Source of the DNA: Antedon mediterranea | Taxonomy: Eukaryota; Animalia; Echinodermata | Assembly: GCF_964355755.1 (NCBI RefSeq) | Contig: NC_092680.1 | Coordinates: 10,416,001 to 10,480,000 of the forward strand | DNA: 64,000 bases | Reading direction: 5' to 3' | Shown: piece after piece, positions 48,900 to 63,921 of the stretch | Numbering within the stretch: the stretch's first letter is position 1 | How the letters are laid out: each line of letters opens with the position of its first letter | Notes under the pieces: model-generated | What the model was told of the DNA's origin: nothing | Database searches by the model: none | What the model saw: only the letters and a program-made list of their open reading frames with translations | Program-made: the position numbers and the translations under genes

Positions 48900-51800
48900 T
48901 CTATCTCTCTCTCTCGCTGATCTATCTCTCTCTCTCTCTCGCTGATCTATCTCTCTCTCGCTGATCTATCTCTCTCTCGCTGACTTATCTCTCTCTCTCG
49001 CTGATCTATCTCTCTCTCGCTGATCTATCTCTCTCTCGCTGATCTATCTCTCTCTCGCTGATCTATCCCTCTCTCGCTGATCTATCCCTCTCTCGTTGAT
49101 CTATCTCTCTCTCGCTGATCTATCTCTCTCTCGCTGATCTATCCCTCTCTCGCTGATCTATGCCTCTCTCGCAGATCTATCTCTCTCTCTCGCTGATCTA
49201 TCCCTCTCTCGCTGATCTATCCCTCTCTCGCTGATCTATCCCTCTCTCGCTGATCTATCCCTCTCTCGCTGATCTATCTCTCTCTGGCTGATCTATCGCT
49301 CTCTCGCTGATCTATCGCTCTCTCGCTGATCTATATCTCTCTCGCTGATCTATCCCTCTCTCGCTGATCTATCTCTCTCTCGTTGATCTATCTCTCTCTC
49401 GCTGATCTATCTCTCTCTCGCTGATCTATCCCTCTCTCGCTGATCTATCCCTCTCTCGCTGATCTATCTCTCTCTCGCTAATCTATCCCTCTCTCGCTGA
49501 TCTATCCCTCTCTCGCTGATCTATCCCTCTCTCGCTGATCTTTCCCTCTCTCGCTGATCTATCTCTCTCTCGCTGATCTATCTCTCTCTCGCTGATCTAT
49601 CCCTCTCTCGCTGATCTATCTCTCTCTCGCTCGCTGATCTATCCTTCTCTCGCTGATCTATCTCTCTCTCGCTGATCTATCCCTCTCTCGCTGATCTATC
49701 TCTCTCTCGCTGATCTATCTGTGTCTCGCTGATCTATCTCTCTCTCACTGATCTATCTGTGTCTCGCTGATCTATCTCTTTCTCTCGCTGATCTTACTCT
49801 CTTTCGCTGATCTATCTCTCTCGCTGATCTATCTGTGTCTCGCTGATCTATCTCTCTCTCTCACTGATCTATCTGTGTCTCGCTGATCTATCTCTCTCTC
49901 TCGCTGATCTAACTCTCTTTCGCTGATCTATCTCTCTCGCTGATCTATCTGTGTCTCGCTGATCTATCTCTCTCTCGCTGATCTATCGCTCTCTCGCTGA
50001 TCTATCTCTCTCTCGCTGATCTATCGCTCTCTCACTGATCTATATCTCTCTCGCTGATCTATCCCTCTCTCGCAGATCTATCTCTCTCTCGCTGATCTAT
50101 CTCTCTCTCTCTCGCTGATCTATCGCTCTCTCACTGATCTATCTCTCTCTCGCTGATCTATCTCTCTCGCTGATCTATCTCTCTCTCGCTGATCTATCCC
50201 TCTCTCGCTGATCTATCTCTCTCTCGCTCGCTGATCTATCCCTCTCTCGCTGATCTATCTCTCTCTCGCTGATCTATCCCTCTCTCGCTGATCTATCTAT
50301 CTCTCGCTGATCTATCTGTGTCTCGCTGATCTATCTCTCTCTCGCTGATCTATCGCTCTCTCGCTGATCTATCTCTCTCTCGCTGATCTATCGCTCTCTC
50401 GCTGATCTATCTCTCTCTCGCTGATCTATCTCTCTCTCGCTGATCTATCTCTCTCTCGATGATCTATCCCTCTCTCGCTGATCTATCTCTATCTCTCTCG
50501 CTGATCTATCTGTGTCTCGCTGATCTATCTCTCTCTCGCTGATCTATCTGTGTCTCGCTGATCTATCTCCCTCTCGCTGATCTATCTCTCTCCCGCTGAT
50601 CTATCTCTCTCTCGCTGATCTATCTGTGTCTCGCAGATATATCACTCTATCTCTCGCTGATCTATCTCTCTCTCGCTGATCTATCTCTCTCGCTGATCTA
50701 TCTCTCTCTCGCTGATCTATCTCTATCTCGCTGATCTATCTCTCTGTCGCTGATCTATCTCTCTCTCTCGCTGATCTATATCTCTCTCGCTGATCTATCT
50801 CTCTCTCTCGCTGATCTATCTCTCTCTCTCACTGATCTATCTATCTCTCTGTCGCTGATCTATCTCTCTCTCGCTGATCTATCTCTTTCTCGCTGATCTA
50901 TCTCTCTCTCGCTGATCTGTCTCTCTGTCGCTGATCTATCTCTCTCTCGCTAATCTATCTCTCTGTCGCTGATCTATCTCTCTCTCGCTTATCTATCTCT
51001 CTCTCGCTGATCTATCTCTCTCTCGCTGATATATCTCTCTCTCGCTGATCTATCTTTCTCTCGCTGATATATCTCTCTCTCGCTGATCTATCTCTCTCTC
51101 GCTGATCTATCTCTCTCTCTCGCTGATCTATCTCTATCTCGCTGATCTATCTCTCTCTCGCTGATCTATCTCTATCTCGCTGATCTATCCCTTTCTCGCT
51201 GATCTATCTCTCTCTCGCTGATCTATCTCTCTCTCTCGCTGATCTATCTCTCTCTCGCTGATCTATCTCTCTCTCGCTGATCTATCTCTCTCGCTGATCT
51301 ATCTCTCTCTCGCTGATCTATCTCTCTCTAGCTGATTTATCTCCCTCTCGCTGATCTGTCTCTCTCTTGCTGATCTATCTCTCTCTCGCTGATCTATCCC
51401 TCTCTCGCTGATCTATCTATCTCTCGCTGATCTATCTGTGTCTCGCTGATCTATCTCTCTCTCGCTGATCTATCGCTCTCTCGCTGATTTATCTCTCTCT
51501 CGCTGATCTATCGCTCTCTCGCTGATCTATCTCTCTCTCGCTGATCTATCTCTCTCTCGCTGATCTGTCTCTCTCTCGCTGATCTATCCCTCTCTCGCTG
51601 ATCTATCTCTATCTCTCTCGCTGATCTATCTGTGTCTCGCTGATCTATCTCTCTCTCGCTGATCTATCTGTGTCTCGCTGATCTATCTCCCTCTCGCTTA
51701 TCTATCTCTCTCCCGCTGATCTATCTCTCTCTCGCTGATCTATCTGTGTCTCGCTGATATATCTCTCTATCTCTCGCTGATCTATCTCTCTCTCGCTGAT

Positions 51801-54800
51801 CTATCTCTCTCGCTGATCTATCTCTATCTCGCTGATCTATCTCTCTGTCGCTGATCTATCTCTCTCTCTCGCTGATCTATATCTCTCTCGCTGATCTTTC
51901 TCTCTCTCTCGCTGATCTATCTCTCTCTCTCACTGATCTATCTATCTCTCTGTCGCTGATCTATCTCTCTCTCGCTGATCTATCTCTCTCTCGCTGATCT
52001 ATCTCTCTCTCGCTGATCTGTCTCTCTGTCGCTGATCTATCTCTCTCTCGCTAATCTATCTCTCTGTCGCTGATCTATCTCTCTCTCGCTTATCTATCTC
52101 TCTCTCGCTGATCTATCTCTCTCTCGCTGATATCTCTCTCTCTCTCGCTGATCTATCTCTCTCTCGCTGATATATCTCTCTCTCTCGCTGATCTATCTCT
52201 CTCTCGCTGATCTATCTCTATCTCGCTGATCTATCTCTCTCTCGCTGATATATCTCTCTCTCGCTGATCTATCTCTCTCTCGCTGATCTATCTCTCTCTC
52301 TCGCTGATCTATCTCTCTCTCGCTGATCTATCTCTCTCTCGCTGATCTATCTCTCTCGCTGATCTATCTCTCTCTCGCTGATCTATCTCTCTCTAGCTGA
52401 TTTATCTCCCTCTCGCTGATCTGTCTCTCTCTTGCTGATCTATCTCTCTCTCGCTGATCTATCTCTCTCTCTCTCTCTCTCTCGCTGATTTATCTCTCTC
52501 TCGCTGATCTATCTCTCTCTCGTTGATCTATCTCTCTCTCTCGCTGATCTATCTCTCTCTCGCTGATCTCTCTCTCTCTCTCGCTGATCTATCTCTCTCT
52601 CGCTGATCTATCTCTCTCTCACTGATCTATCTCTCTGTCGCTGATCTATCTCTCTCTCGCTGATCTATATCTCTCTCGCTGATCTATCTCTCTCTCTCTC
52701 GCTGATCTATCTCTCTCTCGCTGATCTATCTATCTCTCTGTCGCTGATCTATCTCTCTCTCGCTGATCTATCTCTCTGTCGTTGATCTATCTCTCTCTCG
52801 CTGATCTGTCTCTCTGTCGCTGATCTATCTCTCTCTCGCTAATCTATCTCTCTCTCGCTGATCTATCTCTCTCTCGCTGATCTATCTCTCTCTCGCTGAT
52901 CTATCTATCTCTCGCTGATCTATCTCTCTCTCGCTGATATATCTTTCTCTTGCTGATCTATCTCTCTCTCGCTGATCTATCTCTCTCTCGATGATCTATC
53001 TCTATCTCGCTGATCTATCTCTCTCTCGCTGATCTATCTCTATCTCGCTGATCTATCTATCTCTCTCGCTGATCTATCTCTCTCTCGCTGATCTATCTCT
53101 CTCTTGCTGATCTATCTCTCTCTCTTGCTGATCTATCTCTCTCTCGCTGATCTATCTCTCTCTCGCTGATCTATCTCTCTCTCGCTGATCTATCTCTCTC
53201 TCGCTGATCTATCTCTCTCTCGCTGATCTATCTCTCTCTCTCAATGATCTATCTCTCTCTCGCTGATCTATCTCTCTCTCTCGCTGATCTATCTGTGTCT
53301 CGCTGATCTATCTCTCTCTCGCTGATCTATCTCTCTCTAGCTGATTTATCTCCCTCTCGCTGATCTATCTCTCTCTCTCGCTGATTTATCTCTCTCTTGC
53401 TGATCTATCTCTCTCTCGCTGATCTATCTCTCTCTCTCTCTCTCTCGCTGATCTATCTCTCTCTCGCTGATCTATCTCTCTCTCGTTGATCTATCTCTCT
53501 CTCTCGCTGATCTATCTCTCTCTCGCTGATCTCTCTCTCTCTCTCGCTGATCTATCTCTCTCTCGCTGATCTATCTCTCTCTCACTGATCTATCTCTCTG
53601 TCGCTGATCTATCTCTCTCTTGCTGATCTATATCTCTCTCGCTGATCTATCTCTCTCTCTCACTGATCTATCTCTCTCTCGCTGATCTATCTATCTCTCT
53701 GTCGCTGATCTATCTCTCTCTCGCTGATCTATCTCTCTGTCGTTGATCTATCTCTCTCTCGCTGATCTGTCTCTCTTTCGCTGATCTATCTCTCTCTCGC
53801 TAATCTATCTCTCTGTCGCTGATCTATCTCTCTCTCGCTTATCTATCTCTCTCTCGCTGATCTATCTCTCTCTCGCTGATCTATCTCTCTCTCACTGATC
53901 TATCTCTCTCTCACTGATATATCTCTCTCTTGCTGATCTATCTCTCTCTCGCTGATCTATCTCTCTCTCGCTGATCTATCTCTATCTCGCTGATCTATCT
54001 CTCTCTCGCTGATCTATCTCTATCTCGCTGATCTATCTCTCTCTCTCGCTGATCTATCTCTCTCTCGCTGATCTATCTCTCTCTCGCTGATCTATCTCTC
54101 TCTCTCGCTGATCTATCTCTATCTCGCTGATCTATCTCTCTCTCGCTGATCTATCTCTCTCTCGCTGATCTATCTCTCTCTCGCTGATCTATCTCTCTCT
54201 AGCTGATTTATCTCCCTCTCGCTGATATATCTCTCTCTCGCTGATCTATCTCTCTCTTGCTGATCTATCTCTCTCTCGCTGATCTCTCTCTCTCTCTCTT
54301 TCTCTCTCTCTCGCTGATCTATCTCTCTCTCGCTGATCTATCTCTCTCTCGTTGATCTATCTCTCTCTCCCGCTGATCTATCTCTCTCTCGCTGATCTCT
54401 CTCTCTCTCGCTGATCTATCTCTCTCTCTCGCTGATCTATCTCTCTCGCTGATCTATCTCTCTCTCGCTGATCTATCTCTCTCTCTCTCTCGCTGATCTA
54501 TCTCTCTCTCGCGGATCTATCTCTCTCTCTCGCTGATCTATCTCTCTCTCGCTGATCTATCTCTCTCTCGCTGATCTATCTCTCTCTCGCTGATCTATCT
54601 CTCTCTCGCTGATCTATCGCTCTCTCGCTGATCTATATCTCTCTCGCTGATCTATCCCTCTCTCGCTGATCTATCTCTCTCTCGTTGATCTATCTCTCTC
54701 TCGCTGATCTATCTCTCTCTCGCTGATCTATCCTTCTCTCGCTGATCTATCCCTCTCTCGCTGATCTATCTCTCTCTCGCTGATCTATCCCTCTCTCGCT

Positions 54801-57800
54801 GATCTATCCCTCTCTCGCTGATCTATCCCTCTCTCGCTGATCTATCCCTCTCTCGCTGTTCTATCTCTCTCTCGCTGATCTATCGCTCTCTCGCTGATCT
54901 ATCTCTCTCTCTCACTGATCTATCGCTCTCTCGCTGATCTATCTCTCTCTCGCTGATCTATCTCTCTCTCGCTGATCTATCTCTCTCTCGCTGATCTATC
55001 CCTCTCTCGCTGATCTATCTCTCTCTCGCTCGCTGATCTATCCCTCTCTCGCTGATCTATCTCTCTCTCTCACTGATCTATCCCTCTCTCGCTGATCTAT
55101 CTCTCTCTCGCTGATCTATCTCTCTCTCGTTGATCTATCTCTCTCTCTCCTCGATCTATCTCTCTCTAGCTGATCTCTCTCCTCTCTCTCTCTCGCTGAT
55201 CTCTCTCTCTCTCGCTGATCTATCTCTCTCTCGCTGATCTATCTCTCTCTCACTGATCTATCTCTCTCTCGCTGATCTATCTCTCCCTCTCGCTGATCTA
55301 TCTCTCTCTCGCTGATCTATCTCTCTCGCTGATCTATCTCTCTCTCGCTGATCTATCTCTCTCTCGCTCATCTATCTCTCTGTCGCTGATCTATCTCTCT
55401 CTCACTGATCTATATCTCTCTCGCTGATCTCTCTCTCTCTCTCGCTGATCTATCTCTCTCTCGCTGATATATCTCTCTCTCGCTGATCTATCTCTCTCTC
55501 GCTGATCTATCTCTCTCTCTCTCTCTCGCTGATCTATCTCTCTCTCGCTGATCTATCCCTCTCTCGCTGATCTATCTCTCTCTCGCTGATCTATCTCTCT
55601 CTTGCTGATATATCTCTCTCTCGCTGATCTTTCTCTCTCTCGCTGATCTATCTCTCTCTCGCTGATCTATCGCTCTCTCGCTTGTCTATCTCTCTCTCTC
55701 TCGCTGATCTATCGCTTTCTCGCTGATCTATCTCTCTCTCTCGCTGATCTATCTCTCTCTCGCGGATCTATCTCTCTCTCTCTCTGATCTATCTCTCTCT
55801 CGCTGATCTATCCCTCTCTCGCTAATCTATCTCTCTCTCGCTGATCTATCCCTCTCTTGCTGATCTATCTCTCTCTCGCTGATCTATCCCTCTCTCGCTG
55901 ATCTATCTCTCTCTCGCTGATCTATCTGTGTCTTGCTGATCTATCTCTCTCTCGCTGATCTATCTGTGTCTCGCTGATCTATCTCTCTCTCGCTGATCTA
56001 ACTCTCTCTCGCTGATCTATCTCTCTCTCTCGCTTATCTATCTCTCTCTCTGATCTATCTCTCTCTCGCTGATATCCATCTCTCTGTCGCTTATCTATCT
56101 CTCTCTCGCTTATCTATCTCTATCTCGCTGATCTATCTCTCTCTCGCTGATCTATCTCTCTCTCGCTGATATATCTCTCTCTTGCTGATCTATCTCTCTC
56201 TCGCTGATCTATCTCTCTCGCTGATCTATCTCTATCTCGCTGATCTATCTCTCTCTCGCTGATCTATCTCTCTCTCGCTGATCTATCCCTCTCTCGCTGA
56301 TATATCTCTCTCTTGCTGATCTATCTCTCTCTCGCTGATCTATCTCTCTCGCTGATCTATCGCTCTCTTGCTGATCTATCTCTCTCTCTCTCGCTGATCT
56401 ATCTCTCTCTCGCGGATCTATCTCTCTCTCTCTCTGAACTATCTCTCTCTCGCTGATCTATCCCTCTCTCGCTGATCTATCTCTCTCTCGCTGATCTATC
56501 TCTCTCTCTCGCTGATCTATCTCTCTCTCGCGGATCTATCTCTCTCTCTCTCTGATCTATCTCTCTCTCGCTGATCTATCCCTCTCTCGCTGATCTATCT
56601 CTCTCTCGCTGATCTATCCCTCTCTTGCTGATCTATCTCTCTCTCGCTGATCTATCCCTCTCTCGCTGATCTATCTCTCTCTCGCTGATCTATCTGTGTC
56701 TTGCTGATCTATCTCTCTCTCGCTGATCTATCTGTGTCTCGCTGATCTATCTCTCTCTCGCTGATCTAACTCTCTCTCGCTGATCTATCTCTCTCTCTCG
56801 CTGATCTATCTGTGTCTCTCTGATCTATCTTTCTCTCGCTGATATCCATCTCTCTGTCGCTTATCTATCTCTCTCTCGCTTATCTATCTCTATCTCGCTG
56901 ATCTATCTCTCTCTCGCTGATCTATCTCTCTCTCGCTGATATATCTCTCTCTTGCTGATCTATCTCTCTCTCGCTGATCTATCTCTCTCGCTGATCTATC
57001 TCTATCTCGCTGATCTATCTCTCTCTCGCTGATCTATCTCTCTCTCGCTGATCTATCCCTCTCTCGCTGATCTATCTCTCTCTCGCTGATCTATCTGTGT
57101 CTTGCTGATCTATCTCTCTCTTGCTGATCTATCTCTCTCTCGCTTATCTATCTCTATCTCGCTGATCTATCTCTCTCTCGCTGATCTATCTCTCTCTCGC
57201 TGATATATCTCTCTCTTGCTGATCTATCTCTCTCTCGCTGATCTATCTCTCTCGCTGATCTATCTCTATCTCGCTGATCTATCTCTCTCTCGCTGATCTA
57301 TCTCTATCTCGCTGATCTATCTCTCTCTCGCTGATCTATCTCTCTCTCGCTGATCTATCTCTCTCTCGCTGATCTATCTCTCCCTCTCACTGATCTATCT
57401 CCCTCTCGCTGATCTATCTCTCTCGCTGATCTATCTCTCTCTCGCTGATCTATCTCTCTCTCGCTGATCTATCTCTCTGTCGCTGATCTATCTCTCTCTC
57501 GCTGATCTATTTCTCTCTCGCTGATCTCTCTCTCTCTCTCGCTGATCTATCTTTCTCTCGCTGATCTATCTTTCTCTCGCTGATCTATCTCTCTCTCGCT
57601 GATCTATCTCTCCCTCTCGCTGATCTATCTCTCTCTCGCTGATATATCTCTCTCTCGCTGATCTATCTCTCTCTCGCTGATCTATCTCTCTCTCGCTGAT
57701 CTATCGCTCTCTCGCTGATCTATCTCTCTCTCTCGCTGATCTATCTCTCTCTCGCGGATCTATCTCTCTCTCTCTCTGATCTATCTCTCTCTCGCTGATC

Positions 57801-60800
57801 TATCCCTCTCTCCTCGATCTATCTCTCTCTTGCTGATCTATCCCTCTCTCGCTGATCTATCTCTCTCTCGCTGATCTATCTGTGTCTTGCTGATCTATCT
57901 CTCTCTTGCTGATCTATCTGTGTCTCGCTGATCTATCTCTCTCTCGCTGATCTAACTCTCTCTCGCTGATCTATCTCTCTCTCGCTGATCTATCTGTGTC
58001 TCTCTGATCTATCTCTCTCTCTCGCTGATATCCATCTCTCTGTCGCTTATCTATCTCTCTCTCGCTTTTCTATCTCTATCTCGCTGATCTATCTCTTTCT
58101 CGCTGATCTATCTCTCTCTCACTGATCTATCTCTTTCTCTCGCTGATTTATCTGTTTCTCGCTGATCTATCTCTCTCTCTCGCTGATCTAACTCTCCTTC
58201 GCTGATCTATCTCTCTCTCGCTGATCTATCTGTGTCTCGCTGATCTATCTCTCTCTCGCTGATCTATCTGTGTCTCGCTGATCTATCTCCCTCTCGCTGA
58301 TCTATCTCTCTCTCGCTGATCTATCTCTCTCTCGCTGATCTATCTGTGTCTCGCTGATATATCTCTCTCTCGCTGATCTATCTCTCTCTCGCTGATCTAT
58401 CTCTCTCGCTGATCTATCTCTCTCGCTCATCTATCTCTCTCTCGCTGATCTATCTCTCTGTCGCTGATCTATCTCTCTCTCGCTGATCTATATCTCTCTC
58501 GCTGATCTATCTCTCTCTCTGTCACTGATCTATCTCTCTCTCGCTGATCAATCTCTCTGTCGTTGATCTATCTCTCTCTCGCTGATCTGTCTCTCTGTCG
58601 CTGATCTATCTCTCTCTCGCTAATCTATCTCTCTGTCGCTGATCTATCTCTCTCTCGCTTATCTATCTCTTTCTCGCTGATCTATCTCTCTCTCTCGCTG
58701 ATCTATCTCTTTCTCGCTGATCTATCTCTCTATCGCTGATATATCTCTCTCTTGCTGATCTATCTCTCTCTCGCTGATCTATCTCTCTCGCTGATCTATC
58801 TCTATCTCGCTGATCTATCTCTCTCTCGCTGATCTATCTCTATCTCGCTGATCTATCTCTCTCTCGCTGATCTATCTCTCTCTCTCTGATCTATCTCTCT
58901 CTCGCTGATCTATCTCTCTCTCGCTGATCTATCTCTCTCTCGCTGATCTATCTCTCTCTCGCTGATCTATCTCTCTCTAGCTGATTTATCTCCCTCTCGC
59001 TGATCTATCTCTCTCTCGCTGATCTATCTCTCTCTTGCTGATCTATCTCTCTCTCTCTCTCTTGCTGATCTATCTCTCTCTCTCGCTGATCTATCTCTCT
59101 CTCGTTGATCTATCTCTCTCTCTCGCTGATCTATCTCTCTCTCGCTGATCTCTCTCTCTCTCTCTCGCTGATCTATCTCTCTCTCGCTGATCTATCTCTC
59201 TCACGCTGATCTATCTCTCTCTCGCTGATCTATCTCTCTCTTTCTCTCTCTCGCTGATCTATCTCTCTCTCGCTGATCTATCTCTCTTTCTCGCTGATCT
59301 ATCTCTCTCTCGCTGATCTATCTCTCTCTCGCTGATCTATCTCTCTCTCGCTGATATATCTCTCTCTCGCTGATCTATCTCTCTCTCGCTGATCTATCTC
59401 TCTCTCGCTGAAATATCGCTCTCTCGCTGATCTATCTCTCTCTCTCGCTGATCTATCTCTCTCTCGCGGATCTATCTCTCTCTCTGATCTATCTCTCTCT
59501 CGCTGATCTATCCCTCTCTCACTGATCTATCTCTCTCTCGCTGATCTATCCCTCTCTTGCTGATCTATCTCTCTCTCGCTGATCTATCCCTCTCTCGCTG
59601 ATCTATCTCTCTCTCTCGCTGATCTATCTGTGTCTTGCTGATCTATCTCTCTCTCGCTGATCTATCTGTGTCTCGCTGATCTATCTCTCTCTCGCTGATC
59701 TAACTCTCTCTCGCTGATCTATCTCTCTCTCGCTGATCTATCTGTGTCTCTCTGATCTATCTCTCTCTCGCTGATATCCATCTCTCTGTCGCTTATCTAT
59801 CTCTCTCTCGCTTATCTATCTCTATCTCGCTGATCTATCTCTCTCTCGCTGATATATCTCTCTCTTGCTGATCTATCTCTCTCTCGCTGATCTATCTCTC
59901 TCGCTGATCTATCTCTATCTCGCTGATCTATCTCTCTCTCGCTGATCTATCTCTATCTCGCTGATCTATCTCTCTCTCGCTGATCTATCTCTCTCTCTCT
60001 GATCTATCTCTCTCTCGCTGATCTATCTCTCTCTCTCTCGCTGATCTATCTCTCTCTCGCTGATCTATCTCTCTCTCGCTGATCTATCTCTCTCTCGCTG
60101 ATCTATCTCTCTCTCGCTGATCTATCTCTCCCTCTCACTGATCTATCTCCCTCTCGCTGATCTATCTCTCTCTCGCTGATCTATCTCTCTCTTGCTGATC
60201 TATCTCTCTCTTGCTGATCTATCTCTCTCTCTCTCGCTGATCTATCTCTCTCGCTGATATATCTCTCTCTCTCTCGCTGATCTATCTCTCTCTCTCTCTC
60301 GCTGATCTATCTCTCTCTCGCGGATCTATCTCTCTCTCGCTGATATATCTCTCTCTTGCTGATCTATCTCTCTCTCGCTGATCTATCTCTCTCTCGCTGA
60401 TCTATCTCTCTCTCGCTGATCTATCTCTATCTCGCTGATCTATCTCTCTCTCGCTGATCTATCTCTCTCTCTCTCTGATCTATCTCTCTCTCGCTGATCT
60501 ATCTCTCTCTCTCGCTGATCTATCTCTCTCTCGCTGATCTATCTCTCTATCGCTGATCTATCTCTCTCTAGCTGATTTATCTCCCTCTCGCTGATCTATC
60601 TCTCTCTCGCTGATCTATCTCTCTCTTGCTGATCTATCTCTCTCTCTCTCTCTCTCTCTTTCGCTGATCTATCTCTCTCTCGCTGATCTATCTCTCTCTC
60701 GTTGATCTATCTCTCTCTCTCGCTGATCTATCTCTCTCTCGCTGATCTCTCTCTCTCTCTCTCGCTGATCTATCTCTCTCTCGCTGATCTATCTCTCTCA

Positions 60801-63800
60801 CGCTGATCTATCTTTCTCTCGCTGATCTATCTCTCTCTCTCTCTCTCTCTCGCTGATCTATCTCTCTCTCGCTGATCTATCTCTCTTTCTCGCTGATCTA
60901 TCTCTCTCTCGCTGATCTATCTCTCTCTCGCTGATCTATCTCTCTCTCGCTGATATATCTCTCTCTCGCTGATCTATCTCTCTCTCGCTGATCTATCTCT
61001 CTCTCGCTGATCTATCGCTCTCTCGCTGATCTATCTCTCTCTCTCGCTGATCTATCTCTCTCTCGCGGATCTATCTCTCTCTCTCTCTCTGATCTATCTC
61101 TCTCTCGCTGATCTATCCCTCTCTCGCTGATCTATCTCTCTCTCGCTGATCTATCCCTTTCTTGCTGATCTATCTCTCTCTCGCTGATCTATCCCTCTCT
61201 CGCTGATCTATCTCTCTCTCTCGCTGATCTATCTGTGTCTTGCTGATCTATCTCTCTCTCGCTGATCTATCTGTGTCTCGCTGATCTATCTCTCTCTCGC
61301 TGATCTAACTCTCTCTCGCTGATCTATCTCTCTCTCGCTGATCTATCTGTGTCTCTCTAATCTATATCTCTTTCGCTGATATCCATCTCTCTGTCGCTTA
61401 TCTATCTCTCTCTCGCTTATCTATCTCTATCTCGCTGATCTATCTCTCTCTCTCGCTGATCTATCTCTCTTTCGCTGATCTATCTCTCTGTCGCTGATCT
61501 ATCTCTCTCTCGCTGATCTATTTCTCTGTCGTTGATCTATCTCTCTCTCGCTGATCTGTCTCTCTGTCGCTGATCTATCTCTCTCTCGCTAATCTATCTC
61601 TCTGTCACTGATCTATCTCTCTCTCGCTTATCTATCTCTTTCTCGCTGATCTATCTCTCTCTTGCTGATCTATCTCTCTCTTGCTGATCTATCTCTCTCT
61701 CTCGCTGATCTATCTCTCTCTCGCTGATCTATCTCTCTCTCGCTGATCTATCTCTCTCTCGCTAATCTATCTCTCTCTCGCTGATCTATCTCTCCCTCTC
61801 ACTGATCTATCTCCCTCTCGCTGATCTATCTCTCTCTCGCTGATCTATCTCTCTCTTGCTGATCTATCTCTCTCTTGCTGATCTATCTCTCTCTCTCGCT
61901 GATCTATCTCTCTCTCTCTTGCTGATCTATCTCTCTCTCTCTCTCGCTGATCTATCTCTTTCTCTCTCGCTGATCTATCTCTCTCTCTCGCTGATCTATA
62001 TCTCTCTCGCTGATCTATCTCTCTCTCTCTCTCTCTCTGATCTATCTCTCTCTCGCTTATCTATCCCTCTCTCGCTGATCTATCTCTCTCTCGCTGATCT
62101 ATCCCTCTCTCCTCGATCTATCTCTCTCTCGCTGATCTATCCCTCTCTCGCTGATCTATCTCTTTCTCGCTGATCTATCTGTGTCTTGCTGATCTATCTC
62201 TCTCTCGCTGATCTATCTGTGTCTTGCTGATCTATCTCTCTCTTGCTGATCTATCTGTGTCTCGCTGATCTATCTCTCTCTCGCTGATCTAACTCTCTCT
62301 CGCTGATCTATCTCTCTCTCTCGCTGATCTATCTGTGTCTCTCTGATCTATCTCTCTCTCGCTGATATCCATCTCTCTGTCGCTTATCTATCTCTCTCTC
62401 GCTTATCTATCTCTCTCTCGCTGATCTATCTCTTTCTCGCTGATCTATCTCTCTCTCGCTGATATATCTCTTTCTTGCTGATCTATCTCTCTCTCGTTGA
62501 TCTATCTCTCTCGCTGATCTATCTCTATCTCGCTGATCTATCTCTATCTCGCTGATCTATCTCTTTCTCGCTGATCTATCTCTCTCTCACTGATCTATCT
62601 CTCTCTCTCGCTGATCTATCTGTGTCTCGCTGATCTATCTCTCTCTCTCGCTGATCTAACTCTCTTTCGCTGATCTATCTCTCTCTCGCTGATCTATCTG
62701 TGTCTCGCTGATCTATCTCTCTCTCGCTGATCTATCTGTGTCTCGCTGATCTATCTCCCTCTCGCTGATCTATCTCTCTCTCGCTGATCTATCTCTCTCT
62801 CGCTGATCTATCTGTGTCTCGCTGATATATCTCTCTCTCTCTCTCGCTGATCTATCTCTCTCTCGCTGATCTATCTCTCTCGCTGATCTATCTCTCTCTC
62901 GCTCATCTATCTCTCTCTCGCTGATCTATCTCTCTGTCGCTGATCTATCTCTCTCTCGCTGATCTATATCTCTCTCGCTGATCTATCTCTCTTTCGCTGA
63001 CCTATCTCTCTGTCGCTGATCTATCTCTCTCTCGCTGATCTATTTCTCTGTCGTTGATCTATCTCTCTTTCGCTGATCTGTCTCTCTGTCGCTGATCTAT
63101 CTCTCTCTCGCTAATCTATCTCTCTGTCGCTGATCTATCTCTCTCTCGCTTATCTATCTCTTTCTCGCTGATCTATCTCTCTCTCGCTGATCTATCTCTC
63201 TCTCGCTGATCTATCTCTCTCTCGCTGATATATCTCTCTCTTGCTGATCTATCTCTCTCTCGCTGATCTATCTCTCTCTCGCTGATCTATCTCTATCTCG
63301 CTGATCTATCTCTCTCTCGCTGATCTATCTCTATCTCGCTGATCTATCTCTCTCTCGCTGATCTATCTCTCTGTCGTTGATCTATCTCTCTCTCGCTGAT
63401 CTGTCTCTCTGTCGCTGATCTATCTCTCTCTCGCTAATCTATCTCTCTCTCGCTGATCTATCTCTCTCTCGCTTATCTATCTCTTTCTCGCTGATCTATC
63501 TCTCTCTCGCTGATCTATCTCTTTCTCGCTGATCTATCTCTCTCTCGCTGATATATCTCTCTCTCGCTGATCTATCTCTCTCTCGCTGATCTATCTCTCT
63601 CTCACTGATCTATCTCTATCTCGCTGATCTATCTCTCTCTCGCTGATCTATCTCTATCTCGCTGATCTATCTCTCTCTCGCTGATCTATCTCTCTCTCTC
63701 TGATCTATCTCTCTCTCGCTGATCTATCTCTCTCTCTCGCTGATCTATCTCTCTCTCGCTGATCTATCTCTCTCTCGCTTATCTATCTCTCTCTCGCTGA

Positions 63801-63876
63801 TCTATCTCTCTCTAGCTGATTTATCTCCCTCTCGCTGATCTATCTCTCTCTCGCTGATCTATCTCTCTCTTGCTGA

Positions 63877-63921
<45 letters not shown>

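Noticed and set aside
61856-62173. Leu/Ser-rich ORF
   Set aside because: Chance stop-free translation of the CT minisatellite.
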